This document shows, one piece after another, positions 1-13,300 of a stretch of DNA of 64,000 nt. The stretch comes from Phoronis australis (taxonomy: Eukaryota > Animalia > Phoronida), in NCBI GenBank assembly GCA_002633005.1, contig NMRA01000091.1, positions 182,204 to 246,203 of the forward strand, given 5' to 3'. The translations under genes and the position numbers were made by a program. Numbering within the stretch: position 1 is the first letter of the stretch; each line of letters starts with the position of its first letter. Under the pieces are notes generated by a model. The model was given only the letters and a program-made list of their open reading frames with translations, did no database searches and was not told the origin of the DNA.

Positions 1-124
1 GTGCATGAGCTCGCTGTAGTTTCGTAAATGCAAAACTTGGTATATTGTAGTGTAGATGGTTATTCGTTAATGTTAGACAGAAGTTCCCTGGCCATTTACA
101 AAAACAGATAAGCGTAGGATGTTA

Positions 125-316
125 TGTTGTACAAATGTAACACCATACAGCACAGTGTTGTACAAGTGTAACACCATACAGCACAGTGTTGTACAAGTGT
201 AACACCATACAGCATAGTGTTGTACAAGTGTAACACCATACAGCATAGTGTTGTACAAGTGTAACATCATACAGCATAGTGTTGTACAAGTGTAACACCA
301 TACAGCATAGTGTTGT
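125..316. repeat. 31-bp minisatellite, ~6.2 copies (TGTTGTACAAGTGTAACACCATACAGCAYAG)
   Basis: Near-identical units start at 125, 156, 187, 218, 249 and 280, with a partial unit at 311-316. There are no unique spacers. It explains the repetitive ORF 73..270. Confidence 0.97.
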
Positions 317-867
317 CGTCCAGAAGAACGTAAAGCTTTGGCGGGTTACATCTTTCTTTTCTTAAAGTTTCAGAAACTGTGTTGTTGGAATCTCAAATAA
401 GTTCGCGATTCCTGCCTCCAGGTTGAGAGTCTGCTTTATGTAACGACTGTGGAAGAATTTTGGGGCTGATTACAAGTACTGAACATTGTTGTTATAGTAT
501 GAATACACAGCCTTGACGAAATGATGTCTGCACCTACCTTAATTATTGTGTTTAGTATCTAGAATATGTCGAACCGGATGATCACTGTCATTCTGTTTCG
601 TCCCTCCATCGCTGTGTTTGTATTCCCATCCTAAGTTGTTAACTTAACCCCTCTGAAACTCCAACTCCTTTTGAAGACATGTTAATTTGGAGCATTTCCT
701 CCACGGCGCTGCTTTCGTTTTTCAAATGCATTGTGGGACGCTTGTCGGCTAGAAAACATTCGGTGTCATTGCAGATCACTTGGTGACGTGTAAACAATGT
801 GTAGGTAAACAACCCTTGTCACTTGCGTGCAACTTGCTTTTGGTGCGAATACGACACAGCAACCTGA

Positions 868-1163
868 CAGGGATATTCCTGGACTGCGCCTTTGCGCCGT
901 TAGCGCATAAAAATAAAAATACGCAAGTATGGAGGAGCAGTGCGCCCCCCTTCCGCTTTCAAATGCAAGATTCTAGTCAACTTACATCCATTCGGGTAAA
1001 ACACGACTGTTCTTGTTTCGATTGCCCTTGAGGTTTCTATTTCATATGTTACCACATTGATTGCACTAAGTCTGCTGAGTTCAACATTTTGAAAAAGGGC
1101 ACAATTTTTATCATCAGGTGCACCCAAAGGGCACAGGTTCAAACCTGGTCAGGAATATCCCTG
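868..1163. mobile_element. hAT-like MITE (~296 bp)
   Basis: Perfect 14-bp TIR: CAGGGATATTCCTG (868-881) / CAGGAATATCCCTG (1150-1163). Flanks CAACCTGA / CAACCATT resemble a degraded 8-bp TSD. Subterminal AAAGGGCAC-type motifs are present. CAGGG ends with an 8-bp TSD are typical of hAT. Confidence 0.75.
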
Positions 1164-1499
1164 CAACCATTATAGAAAAATGAAAGTTTCAACGCCAGAC
1201 ACAAAACTGCCTTGGTAAGTCGTTTGAACGTAAGGTTCTCGAAGCGCAGGCCATCCAATCACGCCGAAGTCCAATCTCAACTCCTATTCACCTCTTTCAC
1301 GAACGCGGGGCGCTGCTTACGTGTTGATCGAAAACGAGGCGCTTTGACAAACATGGCATCGTCCTGCAAGGTGTTGTGGTCAAAAGACTTATCAACGTTA
1401 CCAAAAATCAAGTTGTCTGATGTTGAATCGATCTCCAAAAACATACCAATACTTACGGCAACTAGACTTTTACCCTCCTCAGCCATTCCTTAGTAGTTT

Positions 1500-2449
1500 N
1501 NNNNNNNNNNNNNNNNNNNNNNNNNNNNNNNNNNNNNNNNNNNNNNNNNNNNNNNNNNNNNNNNNNNNNNNNNNNNNNNNNNNNNNNNNNNNNNNNNNNN
1601 NNNNNNNNNNNNNNNNNNNNNNNNNNNNNNNNNNNNNNNNNNNNNNNNNNNNNNNNNNNNNNNNNNNNNNNNNNNNNNNNNNNNNNNNNNNNNNNNNNNN
1701 NNNNNNNNNNNNNNNNNNNNNNNNNNNNNNNNNNNNNNNNNNNNNNNNNNNNNNNNNNNNNNNNNNNNNNNNNNNNNNNNNNNNNNNNNNNNNNNNNNNN
1801 NNNNNNNNNNNNNNNNNNNNNNNNNNNNNNNNNNNNNNNNNNNNNNNNNNNNNNNNNNNNNNNNNNNNNNNNNNNNNNNNNNNNNNNNNNNNNNNNNNNN
1901 NNNNNNNNNNNNNNNNNNNNNNNNNNNNNNNNNNNNNNNNNNNNNNNNNNNNNNNNNNNNNNNNNNNNNNNNNNNNNNNNNNNNNNNNNNNNNNNNNNNN
2001 NNNNNNNNNNNNNNNNNNNNNNNNNNNNNNNNNNNNNNNNNNNNNNNNNNNNNNNNNNNNNNNNNNNNNNNNNNNNNNNNNNNNNNNNNNNNNNNNNNNN
2101 NNNNNNNNNNNNNNNNNNNNNNNNNNNNNNNNNNNNNNNNNNNNNNNNNNNNNNNNNNNNNNNNNNNNNNNNNNNNNNNNNNNNNNNNNNNNNNNNNNNN
2201 NNNNNNNNNNNNNNNNNNNNNNNNNNNNNNNNNNNNNNNNNNNNNNNNNNNNNNNNNNNNNNNNNNNNNNNNNNNNNNNNNNNNNNNNNNNNNNNNNNNN
2301 NNNNNNNNNNNNNNNNNNNNNNNNNNNNNNNNNNNNNNNNNNNNNNNNNNNNNNNNNNNNNNNNNNNNNNNNNNNNNNNNNNNNNNNNNNNNNNNNNNNN
2401 NNNNNNNNNNNNNNNNNNNNNNNNNNNNNNNNNNNNNNNNNNNNNNNNN
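1500..2449. other. Assembly gap (N run)
   Basis: 950 N bases. Confidence 1.
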
Positions 2450-2718
2450 CGGTAAATACAGAAGTTAGTTTACTCTAGGAACCTGGTTCCTAGGTTTACT
2501 CAAGGATGACTTAGTTTTAAGGACATTTATTTGAGTCAGATTTTATTTGTACATTTTTTACCCATATCGGCTAAAACCTGTAGGCCCATATCTACACTGA
2601 GCTTTGGGCCAAGGCTTGGGTAACCCGGCGATGGTATGCGATGACCATCCCTTTAGAAGACGCCTTTTTCGAAGAGTTTGAGCAACCAGGTGCCATACAA
2701 AAAGGCATAGCGAACCTT

Positions 2719-3005
2719 TTAAAGCACTGTGGCAAACAATAAAAAATAAGGACGATTGATACAATGATAAATTACGATGTAAACTCTTCAAATATGACAT
2801 AAGCAATGAATGTGTAAAGCAGCCGATACCCCGCCGTTCACGTCACTGACACATCAGCCAATCAGCGATCGCTTTCAGAATTCAGTGTTTTGACCATGAA
2901 TTCGAATTGGCTTTAGTTTGGCACGCAAGTCAGGCAAATGTGAGTTTTATTTGTATGTTAGAACCGATTAACTGCAACATTATTTTGACTACAGTCCCCT
3001 TTTAA
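2719..3005. mobile_element. Possible TTAA-flanked (Kolobok-like) MITE
   Basis: Left end TTAAAGCACTGTGGCAAACAATAA is an imperfect inverted match to right end TTATTTTGACTACAGTCCCCTTTTAA. Internal CAGCCAATCAG. Confidence 0.4.
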
Positions 3006-3257
3006 GCTTGGCTATTGATATTATTATTCTGGCTAATAGGTGGCGTTTTAAACAGACGGCGCGGCATTGAGGTCAGGACACAATCCCACATGTGTTCAGC
3101 TCTTCATGAACTCATCGAGAGTCCCTCTTTGAATTAACGAGGTCGTTTAAGGTTCAATCTGTCGCACGTGTGGGATAGTGTCCTGATCGCAATGCCGCGC
3201 CGTCTGGTTAAAACGCCACCTATTAGCCAGAATAATAATAACATCAATAGTCAAGCT
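3005..3257. mobile_element. Foldback/palindromic MITE with ~90-bp arms
   Basis: Arm 3005-3094 (AGCTTGGCTATTGAT..TTATTATTCTGGCTAATAGGTGGCGTTTTAAACAGACGGCGCGGCATTG..CCCACATGTG) is the near-perfect reverse complement of 3165-3257. Spacer ~70 bp. No clear TSD. Confidence 0.85.
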
Positions 3258-3422
3258 GAAGTCTGTGAGAGACGGACGCAACGTCGTTAACTTTAGTGAG
3301 TTATATTTTCAGTGTTAAATTCAAATTTCATCTGAAATGAGTCTTCTGTTGTCACTATACTGTGATCTAAGTTTCTTGCCAAAACTTAGACTGAATCAGT
3401 CGCATACCTGTTAATTAATGGA

Positions 3423-3481
3423 CCCTCCCTCCGTCCGTCCTTCCCTCGATCCCCACCCTCCCTCTCTCCCTCCCTCCACCT
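3423..3481. repeat. C/T-rich low-complexity tract (CCCT/CCGT-like)
   Basis: ccctccctccgtccgtccttccctc...ccctccctctctccctccctcc. Confidence 0.8.
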
Positions 3482-6400
3482 GCTTCACACTCCTCTTACA
3501 ACCACACTTATGTACAACAACTTTATGTAATACAACTCTCTTTATTCCCTATGTTTCACAAATATGAGGGCTAATGTCATTTTTTCACAAAGACCAATAG
3601 ACCTATTAATCTGACAGAATGATGGTGATTTGCATCCCCTTTGTTTGGAAGTGAATGGACTGGAAATAACGTCAGGTCAAACAATTTTGCTTGTGTAGAT
3701 TTTGTCTTTGTACGCAAGCGGCGAAGTGAGAAGCGAATGTGAAAAAGCTATCAGCGCCATATTGGTCCGCTATCACTTTGATAATAGATTGGGTTTTGAC
3801 GCGTGTTCTCACGTTCCTGACAAGTTAGACCCGCGGGGCGTTCTCTACTGAGTTTAAGTCTGGTGAAAACATTGTCCAATCCATTCCCTATGCATCTGTA
3901 CCTTTCAGTGCATTTTCGTTGGCATTGGTGACTGTTTTCTTGATATTCATTGAGATTTAGTTATAGGTGACAAACAGTGTTCTGGTTTCTAAGTCTCAAA
4001 TTCGTTGATCCGTGGCCTGATTTGCAACTTTTTGTCAACTTGTTCTCGCACTACCCTTCGCATAACCGTTTGTTGCCATATTTTGCTAATATCGGTTAAC
4101 TCCGAAAGTTTGTGCAAGTAATACGACGTTTTCCAACATCTAACAAACCAAGAGTAAACACACGCTATACAAAAGTCAGTGTTTTTATATCAAACTACAC
4201 AAATATTTCAACGCGATGCCATCTTTGACTCACAGTTAAAATTTTGCAAAAAGCGCCCCCTGTTTTAGTTGCAAAGCTCAGTGAAGCGGAAATTAATGCA
4301 TGTGCCTTTTATGTGAAATAGATCGATTCCCGTTGTCCATTTCCAATGTTTACCGACAATTCTGTGTTTTGAACAGTCATTCCCGATCAAGTGGTAACAT
4401 TCATAATTTATGAGCCCATCGTAAATTTTGCCAGCATGCAGGCACGACATTTTGGCTGAGTGTGTCATTGACTGGCTTAGTCGAATAGTAATGATTTGCA
4501 TACGACTTTAGATCCAGGAGCACGCACAAACCACATTTGCAAGAGGTGTGATACAGCGGTAGCTTTCTATAATTTGGTGCTGCGAATATTTGAAGGTAAC
4601 ACGAACAGAAAAGGTTTTTAGAATCCAGGTATGTTTCGTAGTCGCACTGAATGTAGGGCATTGCATATTCGAAAATTTTGACAACGCAGTCCAGTTGCCT
4701 AGCACCGATGGCGGTCCTAATCAACTCGCTATCCACAGTATACGGTGCCGCATGCTTAGTTGTGACTGGTCATCTAAACAGTTTTTCATGTTAAAATTAT
4801 TAAAATGCAAAATGTGTGCCTAAACAGCAACGTTTTTAATTCGAACCTTTAACAGGGTTTGAAAATTTTATAAGAGTAAGCTTAAGTGCGATTTTTAGAG
4901 ATTGATTCTAACACTGAGAAGTCACCAGACACATACATGTACGAAAACTTCATAAGTTTTGTCATCCTATCGTCAACTATTGTTCTTTGAAACGGTACCA
5001 AAATTGTAGGATTCATTTTTGAATATGGAAATGTTTGCAATACGTTTTTAGCAGTATAGTTTCCTATCTCGAACATTCACAGTTCTCAACCTTATTTTGA
5101 TGTCTTGGAATTCGTTGGATAACATTACAAACAAGGGCAGAGTGTTTTAAGTAATGAAATTCCATCTGACGTTTTGACGTAGGTTCCAGCTTACATGGCG
5201 TACGTGTGTGAAGACAAACCAAATGAGGTTGTAGATCCGATTAGCAAATCGTATTAATCAGCACGAGAAGGTGTCGGCAGATAATTACTTATAGATATGT
5301 TAAAGCTTTTCGTCTATTCCAGCGGAACGTCTTCCCAGGGTTGTCTCGCGGAGCGAAGTTCTATCAAAACTTCACTTGGGTAAAAAAAAAAACATGTGAA
5401 CGCCTTCGTTTCTGCATTCGTTGCCTTTATAAAGAGTATTCAAATTCTTTAAACCTGCTTTCATTACATGATGTGGCATCAGTTACACTGCGTAAAGTAG
5501 TTGTTGGTATAGCAGACATTCAACCATAGAAGTCTATTGTTTAGACTCGAGACTAAGGGAGCTCCCTTGCAGCCTATGCTACCAGACGATCTTGTATTCA
5601 GTTCATATTTTACACCATAATGGACAATATTAAAATTTGCCAAGGAAGCTACTTTTATACAAGTTGAGGATAAACGACTGCCTTGCAATTGCTATCATGG
5701 TACTCGAATGTCATGAATATTCATTAGTTACCGTGCCATATTTGAATGCAACTCATGTTGTTACTTCATCTCTCCGCTCTTTCAATGGCTCATTTATAAA
5801 AGTTTGATGACTAGCAATGCGTATTCCGCTGTTATTTGGATTTTTTTCGCTTGACATTTTACGAGAACTCGCTGGACAACTCCCACAGATTCACGTCATT
5901 TAGTTATGCATTCGGAGGCATGTTTCGCCCTCTCGGAGCCAATTTTTAATCAACTGCTTGACAGTAACCTATCAATTAGACCCTGGTCACATTCAACTTC
6001 CAACGCCATGAATTAGACGTGTTGCCTGAGATAGATGTTTGTGTCAAACTTGTGTTGAATGTTAATAAATAAGTGCTGGAACTGATCGAGCGCAAATGAA
6101 ATGGAATATCAATGCTATCCATATTCTAGCGTTTTTTGAATGACTGGATCCTTACTGTGATAGTTACTGCTGCGCAGTGTGACGAGTGGAAGCGTTTTCA
6201 GAGAGTACACAATGGGATATGGAGGACGGCAGCGGTATAACCTGTAGATTAGTAAAACTGCGAATGCAGTGTCTTTCACCAGTTATTCGCTCTGCAGACG
6301 AAAACAAAGTGTTTGGCCACACAGTTGCCGAACATTGCGTAGTGGCAGGTTTAGGGGAGATGGACATGTTTAAATCCCTCATAATAAAATACGATTATTG

Positions 6401-9400
6401 CAGCATCGTTTTTCTGCCATTATTTTGGAACAAGGAACGTTGGGGGATCTTCAACTGAATTTCGTTTTTAAAATTGTCGGTAAAACGCAGATAATAGTGA
6501 TTTACTGGGGTCTCACATTTTTGAAAACCAGCTTTCTTCACTAAATAACGGGCATCAAATTGGTTCTCAATATCAAGGACCCTTCTAAGTTAGTTACTAT
6601 TGTCAAACACTCAAATACGTGAGGGAATGCAATTTCTATTTGAATATTTTTTCTTTCTATTGATAAAACTCTCCCTATGCCTCTCCCTAAATTGGTGAAA
6701 ATAAAGACGAGGTTGTCTTTAATGGATAAACAGTGATAACACTCCATAAACTAGGTATTGGTCATTTTTTCAACACACATATATTTCAAAGCCAAACTAA
6801 TTATATAAGCGTAGGTCTAACTGGCAGTAACTTAAGTTAACAACATTTTACTCACGAAAACTGATCGTTTCAACGCTTTAGAAGACAGGCCAAGAGAAGT
6901 GATTAAAAATCGTTAACATATCCCATGTCCACAAGGTTACATTGATGTGTCTCTCGGTGTCTCCTCAGGCTACTGTGTCAGTGAGACTTAATTCTCAACC
7001 AATCCCATGTTTCCTGCGAGCTTATTTTTCAGCCCACGTTGTTTACATTCCAATGACGTCGATTAGGTTTCTTAAGTGTGTGTTTTTGCAGTTTCCTTGA
7101 AACTGGAAACTATGTAGGAAAGAAATATCTATGACAGAGCACGACGCAAAAGTTTTTGCATTTTATCTTATTACAACGACGAATTATTCACAAGTGGGAT
7201 ACATGTACATTTTGGGCCATTTAAGTACATTGTAGAAGCGTGCAGCGCCGAGTATAGGAATGCTGTGCGTCATTATTCAAGGCACTGGGGAGCCTGTATA
7301 CGATTTCTCTATTGCTAAGGTCTTATGTTTTAGACGTTTATGTGTTCAAAAGATACGTGGCCAATCATGGGGTTATACTTTATATCAGCGATCGTGGCGT
7401 ATACTCCAGAAACTAAAACTTCAACGAAACAACTGTTACCATGGAAACCGATTCATGAACTAGTTGTGGCTCGGGTGGTGGGCGCTGTATCATTTAAAGA
7501 TATTGTAAAGCGATTAAATAGCTTGAAGTTAAAAAGTATCATTAAAGTAGTCATTTGAATGCCCATGACCTGGCAAAGGGATGCACCCCAGAAATCAACG
7601 GACGAAAAATGATATCACAGAGCAAAATATTGACTTTCGCGCCCCCAAGCGACTTCTAGGCTACTGGGAGCACGACAAATCTTGTGAAGCCTCCCCTTGA
7701 TTCTTGCAAATCGACCAATCATGCCGCGCATGCTGTGTACAGTCTTCTGGTTTCTTCAACAAGGGCAGTTCAGTGTTACGTGTAGCTAATCAATAAACTC
7801 ATCAAGTGTCTTTTAACAGTAATATAAATTGTTCAAAGATTGTTTCTTAGTCATTGTTATCACCACTCGTTTGAGAACGCACTCCACCAATCAGTCTACT
7901 GGCACTGTGCAGCCGCGTCTGTGCGCTGTTGTGAGTATTTTGTTCATTTACTAGTGGCTATGGAGGCATTTTGAACGACTTTAAGTGAATTTAAAAGGCG
8001 TCACATCAAACCAGGTGTACAAATATAGGTTCAGGCCTAAGTGATTTTTCTAGTTCCGTGCGTTTGTATATGAAATTCTTTGAAATTCCTTAAGTTTTGC
8101 GCCAGTGAATGTTGTGAATTGATAGAGAACGACTGTCTAAGTTGTTCCTAGTGGGTGTTCACGACATTTACTACGTAAGCCACCTTACTCATATCGGTGC
8201 TCTTAAACCTTCGCCTAAAGATGTTCTCTCCCCCACTATAGCGCGCAGTCAAATATCTAGTCTCGAACCTTGACTCTGTTAACCTTTTAATTTGAAGTGA
8301 ATCTCAAATATTTGGTCAATTAAATATGAGATCAATTGATATATTTAAATCAGTTGAATATAAAAAGCATGCTGGTCATAACGCGGACGCTCACTGATCA
8401 CGTCCCACTCGAGCTCCGAGATTCAGTTTTGTTGCATCAGTATAACTGTGCATCTTTTTCCCTGTCTCGCTGAGGTTATCCTAAAAGGGGCTATAAATCA
8501 AAATCAAGGAGAAGTAGTTGAATTGGTATTTATCTCAGAAAAGTTACAGATAATTATAGAAAAAAATTGAAATTTCGAATGTTTCATGAATTTGCAATCG
8601 GATGAGGTCATTTCAACATACTGACTGTGTTTTACAACCTTAACTTGACTGATTTCAGCCTTGATATCCAAGCCTCCTTCCGTGATTTTGTTATAATGTT
8701 GTACATAATCCATTTACTTGAATCTAAAGAGTTATTAACGGTTCTAATAATCATACTGAGTATAATACGAAGACAAATGTACAGTCTGTAGGAGGGTTTG
8801 CTGTAGTGTTGCGAACTTGTACAAACCAACATCGGGCTGTATGCGCGGACTTGTTTATTATAAAGCGGAACACCTTGCGTTATTTCGTAGGGTGAAAATA
8901 TCCCGTGGCGGAGCACCCGGAAAACGTCGAGTATTCCCGTGGTCTCAAATTAACCCTCGGATGTGTTTCGTAGCTTCGCATACGCGAACTTCCGTTCCAA
9001 CAATAAGCCGTCCTAAGATGGAGAATGCCGTCGAATGCACCGGGATACTTATATGGTAACAGGCTTAAATAGGAGTTAAAACGCGTACGCTTTTGACACC
9101 TACTGGAGTCATGATTTTACCTGTCACTTGATCAAATTCCTTTGCTGTCATTATTGAAGTTTGCACATGTACATATTGAAATGCCTTTGATAGATAATTC
9201 TAGGTTACGAAAATCCCCGCAAACTTCTATCACAGTTCGTACAATAACCGCTAGGTGTCTCTGTAGCTAGTTCTCTATCTTATTGACCCCGTGACTACGC
9301 ATCAATTACATTGAGGTCTCCATCATTCTTTCAATAAAAATTCGAAATGAAATGACGATATGTTTATCTAATAACAGCAAAGAGGTTTGGTCAAAATTAT

Positions 9401-9524
9401 GTTCAGTAGAGCTCAAGAACGAGGTCTCAAAAGCTCTACGTGACGTCATTCTCAACCCTTAGTCTGTCGCCTGGTGTACTGTTAAATCTGCATTTCGCCG
9501 CTGTGAAAAACATTACCACGCCCA

Positions 9525-9628
9525 CCGAATGAGTCGGCAACCTAGGTCGCTGTGAATGCGCACCTTATGTTGCCGAATGAGTTGGCAACCTTCGTCGCAG
9601 TCAATGCGCACCCTGGTCATTTCCGAAT
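9525..9628. repeat. Degenerate ~48-50 bp tandem repeat (2 units plus the start of a third)
   Basis: CCGAATGAGTYGGCAACCT..GTCGCWGTSAATGCGCACC at 9525 and 9573; a third CCGAAT at 9623. Confidence 0.8.
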
Positions 9629-9688
9629 CGCAATTTTAGGGTTCGCCAACTTCCAATAGACTGTGTTGCCTCTGAGTGGCTGCTGGTC

Positions 9689-9748
9689 TCGATGTTCTTG
9701 CTGGTACCGGAAATAGATTCCTGTCACGGTAAGGAATATTGTGGAAGC
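9689..9748 (+). repeat. Dispersed repeat fragment (partner 42200-42258)
   Basis: TCGATGTTCTTGCTGGTACCGGAAATAGATTCCTGTCACGGTAAGGAATATTGTGGAAGC vs TCGATGACCTTGTTAGTAACGAAAATAGAATCCTGTCACGGTAAGGATAATTGTGAAGC. Confidence 0.8.
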
Positions 9749-10199
9749 AGGGGGTTTTACGGTTTCTCAGCCGGGGTGAAATGCATTTGAACTCTTGTTT
9801 AAACCTGTTGTCACAGGAATATCCTGCCTCGTTCGAGGGCATTCTTCATCTTCAGTGTCACATGGAGCAAAATATTGCACGACGTGACAGTCAACTTATC
9901 TGATCACGTGATATCCAACTGCCAGATCTTCCCAAACCTAGGGGTCTCTTCTAATTCAAGTGCGTCACGCGTGAAGATAAGATTTTTATCGGTAAGTGTC
10001 CTAAATCGGAAGTTCTTTTCCTATTTTCTACGGAAAGTCGGTTTATAGCCTTGTTAAGGTTATGTGGTCCCTTAGAGAAGTGTCCAATTTTGTCCAAATT
10101 CGGAACGCCGATTCACATGCAACGGAATTATTTTTAAAGTGTTCCACTTTTGCACGAGAAGCAATCCAAACATGACTTATTTGATTTTATTAAAAAAAT

Positions 10200-10390
10200 A
10201 ATGGTATTTACAACGAAAACGAAATGATTATGTAGAAAACTGTAACAGCGTTTTTGAGATTTTATATTAAATATTTATTTCATACGAAATTTGGTCACGC
10301 TATTGATCGTATTGTCTTGCTACTAATGTACCTTTCCTTTCTGCAATTTACTCCTAAGAAACGAGGTCACCTGACCTAATCACTGACAGA
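10200..10390 (+). repeat. Old interspersed repeat, copy 1 (partners ~18260-18420 and ~49930-50120)
   Basis: Shared colinear motifs: AACGAAAAC...TAGAAAACTGT...AATGTACCTTTC...GGTCAC.TGA/G. Confidence 0.7.
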
Positions 10391-13300
10391 TTGGTATGAA
10401 GTCAATAATCAAATTCTTCGGATTTTATTCTTTCAGAAATTATTACTTTTGCTGAGTTAAATTCTTAAGTTTTGCCAATATTTGACCAACGCCGTCATTA
10501 TTTAGCTGTCAAAAAAACGAAAATGAGTACGCCATAAAATCGGTCTTCCTTACCATTATAGGACTTGGCGCCCATTGCTATCAAAGACATTCAAACCATC
10601 GGCGACTCAAGAAAATGTTTTAAGATTGAGTTTATTGGGTGAAGTCATCCCTAAAATTGCGATTTCGAAAACTGGGCACGTGCACATTGCCTGTGACTTG
10701 AAGTTGCCAGCTAGAACTGTAACAATTTCGACTGATTTTGTCTTGAATAATACAAGCAGCTGTTAAAAACAATAGTTTGTACGATGTAAGGTCTAGCAGA
10801 TCCCAACATGGGATTTATGTGTTTGTTTAACTGGAATGCATTCAGCAGTTCATACTAGTCACTAATCGCGTAACGCACTGAGGTAGCAGACAAAATCACG
10901 CATATTTAAGTACCACCCCCAAAAACCGAACAGAAAAGGGGCTGACCTTCAACTATCGAGATCCATAGGTAGTAAAAATTGGGCCATAGATTTGAGGCCG
11001 TGTGGATGAATTAACTTACCACAGCCACGATTTTTAAAATTATCCCTGAGCATTGGCAGCTTAGCAGTGGTGGAATGCCACTAAAAGCAATCAAGCGCCC
11101 TTTACCACCAATGTTGAGGCTCAATCAGAATCTACAGAAGTCTCGTCAGATCTCGTCTGGTCTCCAGTTTTACGTTTTCGTCAACATGACGCGTTATATC
11201 CCTAACAATTTACGAGAAGTCTTCTTCTAAGGGCATAAATGGGGTCAATGTACCTTTCAAATACAAGACTTTATGTTATGTCTTTTTCGGACTGGCACAA
11301 GCGTTTGTTATTTTGACTCGAAATCACTGTCCAGGTCCGTTTGTAATGTACAGGTTTTGGTCACGAAGTTATGGCTAGTAAGGATGTTTCATTTTAGTTT
11401 TCTTAAGCATACGTATTGCTTTAATAAACTTTTTGTCATTCATTTTTTCTTTCGAGGAAGTTCATTGACTTGACAAGAACCGTCGAATGTGGATAACGCG
11501 AGAAGTGTTTGTTCAAATCTGTTAAAAGCGTCGAAAATCAAAAAGCCTGGAAATGTAGATTTTCCACGTAAGCGGTATCAGTTGATGTCGTCCCTAGCAA
11601 CTCTCATATTTAAACAAAAGTTGATTAAATGTTGCAGTGAAAAACATTTGTAACTGGAACTTCCGAAAATAGGACCATAGAGGGATATTCGAAAAATGAC
11701 CTCTCAAAAACGTCAAATGAAATCGAAAATACACCCGGTGCTAATACAGTACATTACCAACAAAGCCTCCCAATATATCGTTAAAGGATAGTCCTTTTGT
11801 GTAGAAATCGCAATTCCAAAATAAAATGTCTTGTCAAAATAAACAAGTGTTTACATCAAAACACATTTTATACGTATTTCAGAACAATGCATCAGTTTCT
11901 CAAAACAGTTACCGAAAATACCGTCGCCCATATGGGCTGAGGGTAATTTTGAAAAAAAATTGAAAACACGCCCATGGGCGTACTTTTGGGTGTAACTATT
12001 TTTGGAATATTACGATAATTCTATTTATTTTGTGAACAGTGAATTCTTTGAAAAATCCACGAATGTTGGCAGTTACTTGCGTTCCCACTGACATGGATTC
12101 AAGACAAACTTTGACTTGAAGTTGAGAAACTGGTGATGGATTCAACATTTCAAAAGGATATAAAGTCGGCAGTGGCGTGAATGTTTTGGAGGGGAGTAAT
12201 GTTTGCAAGTCATTGTATCCTGAAACCCAAAGCCCTGGCTAAACTCTGTTTTCTTGCATAGGACCTTTTATGATTTTTGGACCAATGTCCCGATTTTCGT
12301 CTAAGATTTCGTACATTTGTGGGTTATAGCTCCAAAATTTGTGTCGCCGATCAGGCGTACACAACAGTAGTTATCGAAGTCGTGTAAGCGAACAACCGCA
12401 GCGTATGGACGTGACTTCAGATTACACTTTGACGAATTACATAACGTGTACATACGTTTTTCGTTTTTTATATAATCGCGCAATCTTTTCTGATTTTACA
12501 TGTAGTTGATATAACCCGTTGTGACGTCATCGGCGTGACAACTGAACAATATTTAGTTACTGCTATTGGGCTCCATTTAACCAACGTTTATCCAATTTGC
12601 ATACAAATGAAGACATGCACAGGTACTAGCCAGTTACATAAAGGTGTTTCGTTTCCATTATCCGTCATTATGAACGGATAATTGAACCGAATGTCTACTT
12701 AACGTCTTATTGGAGACGTGTTTATTCGCACAACCGTCAAATTAACTTTTATTGCAGTGGATCAGGTAACTGAAATCTGTGCGATCTGCGTAGCTTTGTT
12801 TGAAGCATAGCACGTGCCTGCCAACGTTTCTTTGCCGTCATTCGTGTCGTTGATACTGCCTTGCGTCCTTCAGACAAGCTGCGGAAATGTCAATCTAACC
12901 ATTAACTCGATCCGAACCGTTTTCTAGAATTGTTTGGTTCTACTGGGTAACTAGCAATTTTTAATAAAGACCTCAGCGCTACCTACCTAGCGTTCTTGAA
13001 TAGTAAATCAACTGATTTGCTTGAGAAGAACTAAGCAAGGGGCAATCATTTCGTCCGGTGACGTACTCAGTCACGCGAAATGCTCGATTTTTAGTGTGTT
13101 TTTAATACTGTGCGATTTTTGCAATGGTTTATATTAAAATCAAAAGTGTTTGATATCTGAAACATATTTGGAGCATATTAGAGTCGAGCATTCTGTTTTG
13201 TCCCTTAGGCTGTGAATATGTGCATTCAGTGATAGACACTGATGTACTGCATGGATGGGCTCAGTATTGACTGTGAAAAGTAGTCACTGAGAGACTTGTC

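Noticed and set aside
125-316. Regular 31-bp repeats as a CRISPR array
   Set aside because: The units are contiguous with no unique spacers, there are no cas genes and the context is eukaryotic. It is a minisatellite.
1420-2478. 352-aa ORF
   Set aside because: Artefact of translating through the N gap.
2580-2614. Short inverted match to 59242-59268 (CCTTGGCCCAAAGCT..ATGGGCCTAC)
   Set aside because: Probably fragments of a small repeat family; too short to define an element or a long-range structure.
9525-9628. Repeat-spacer-like pattern
   Set aside because: Only two full degenerate units with 8-10 bp between them; a simple tandem duplication.
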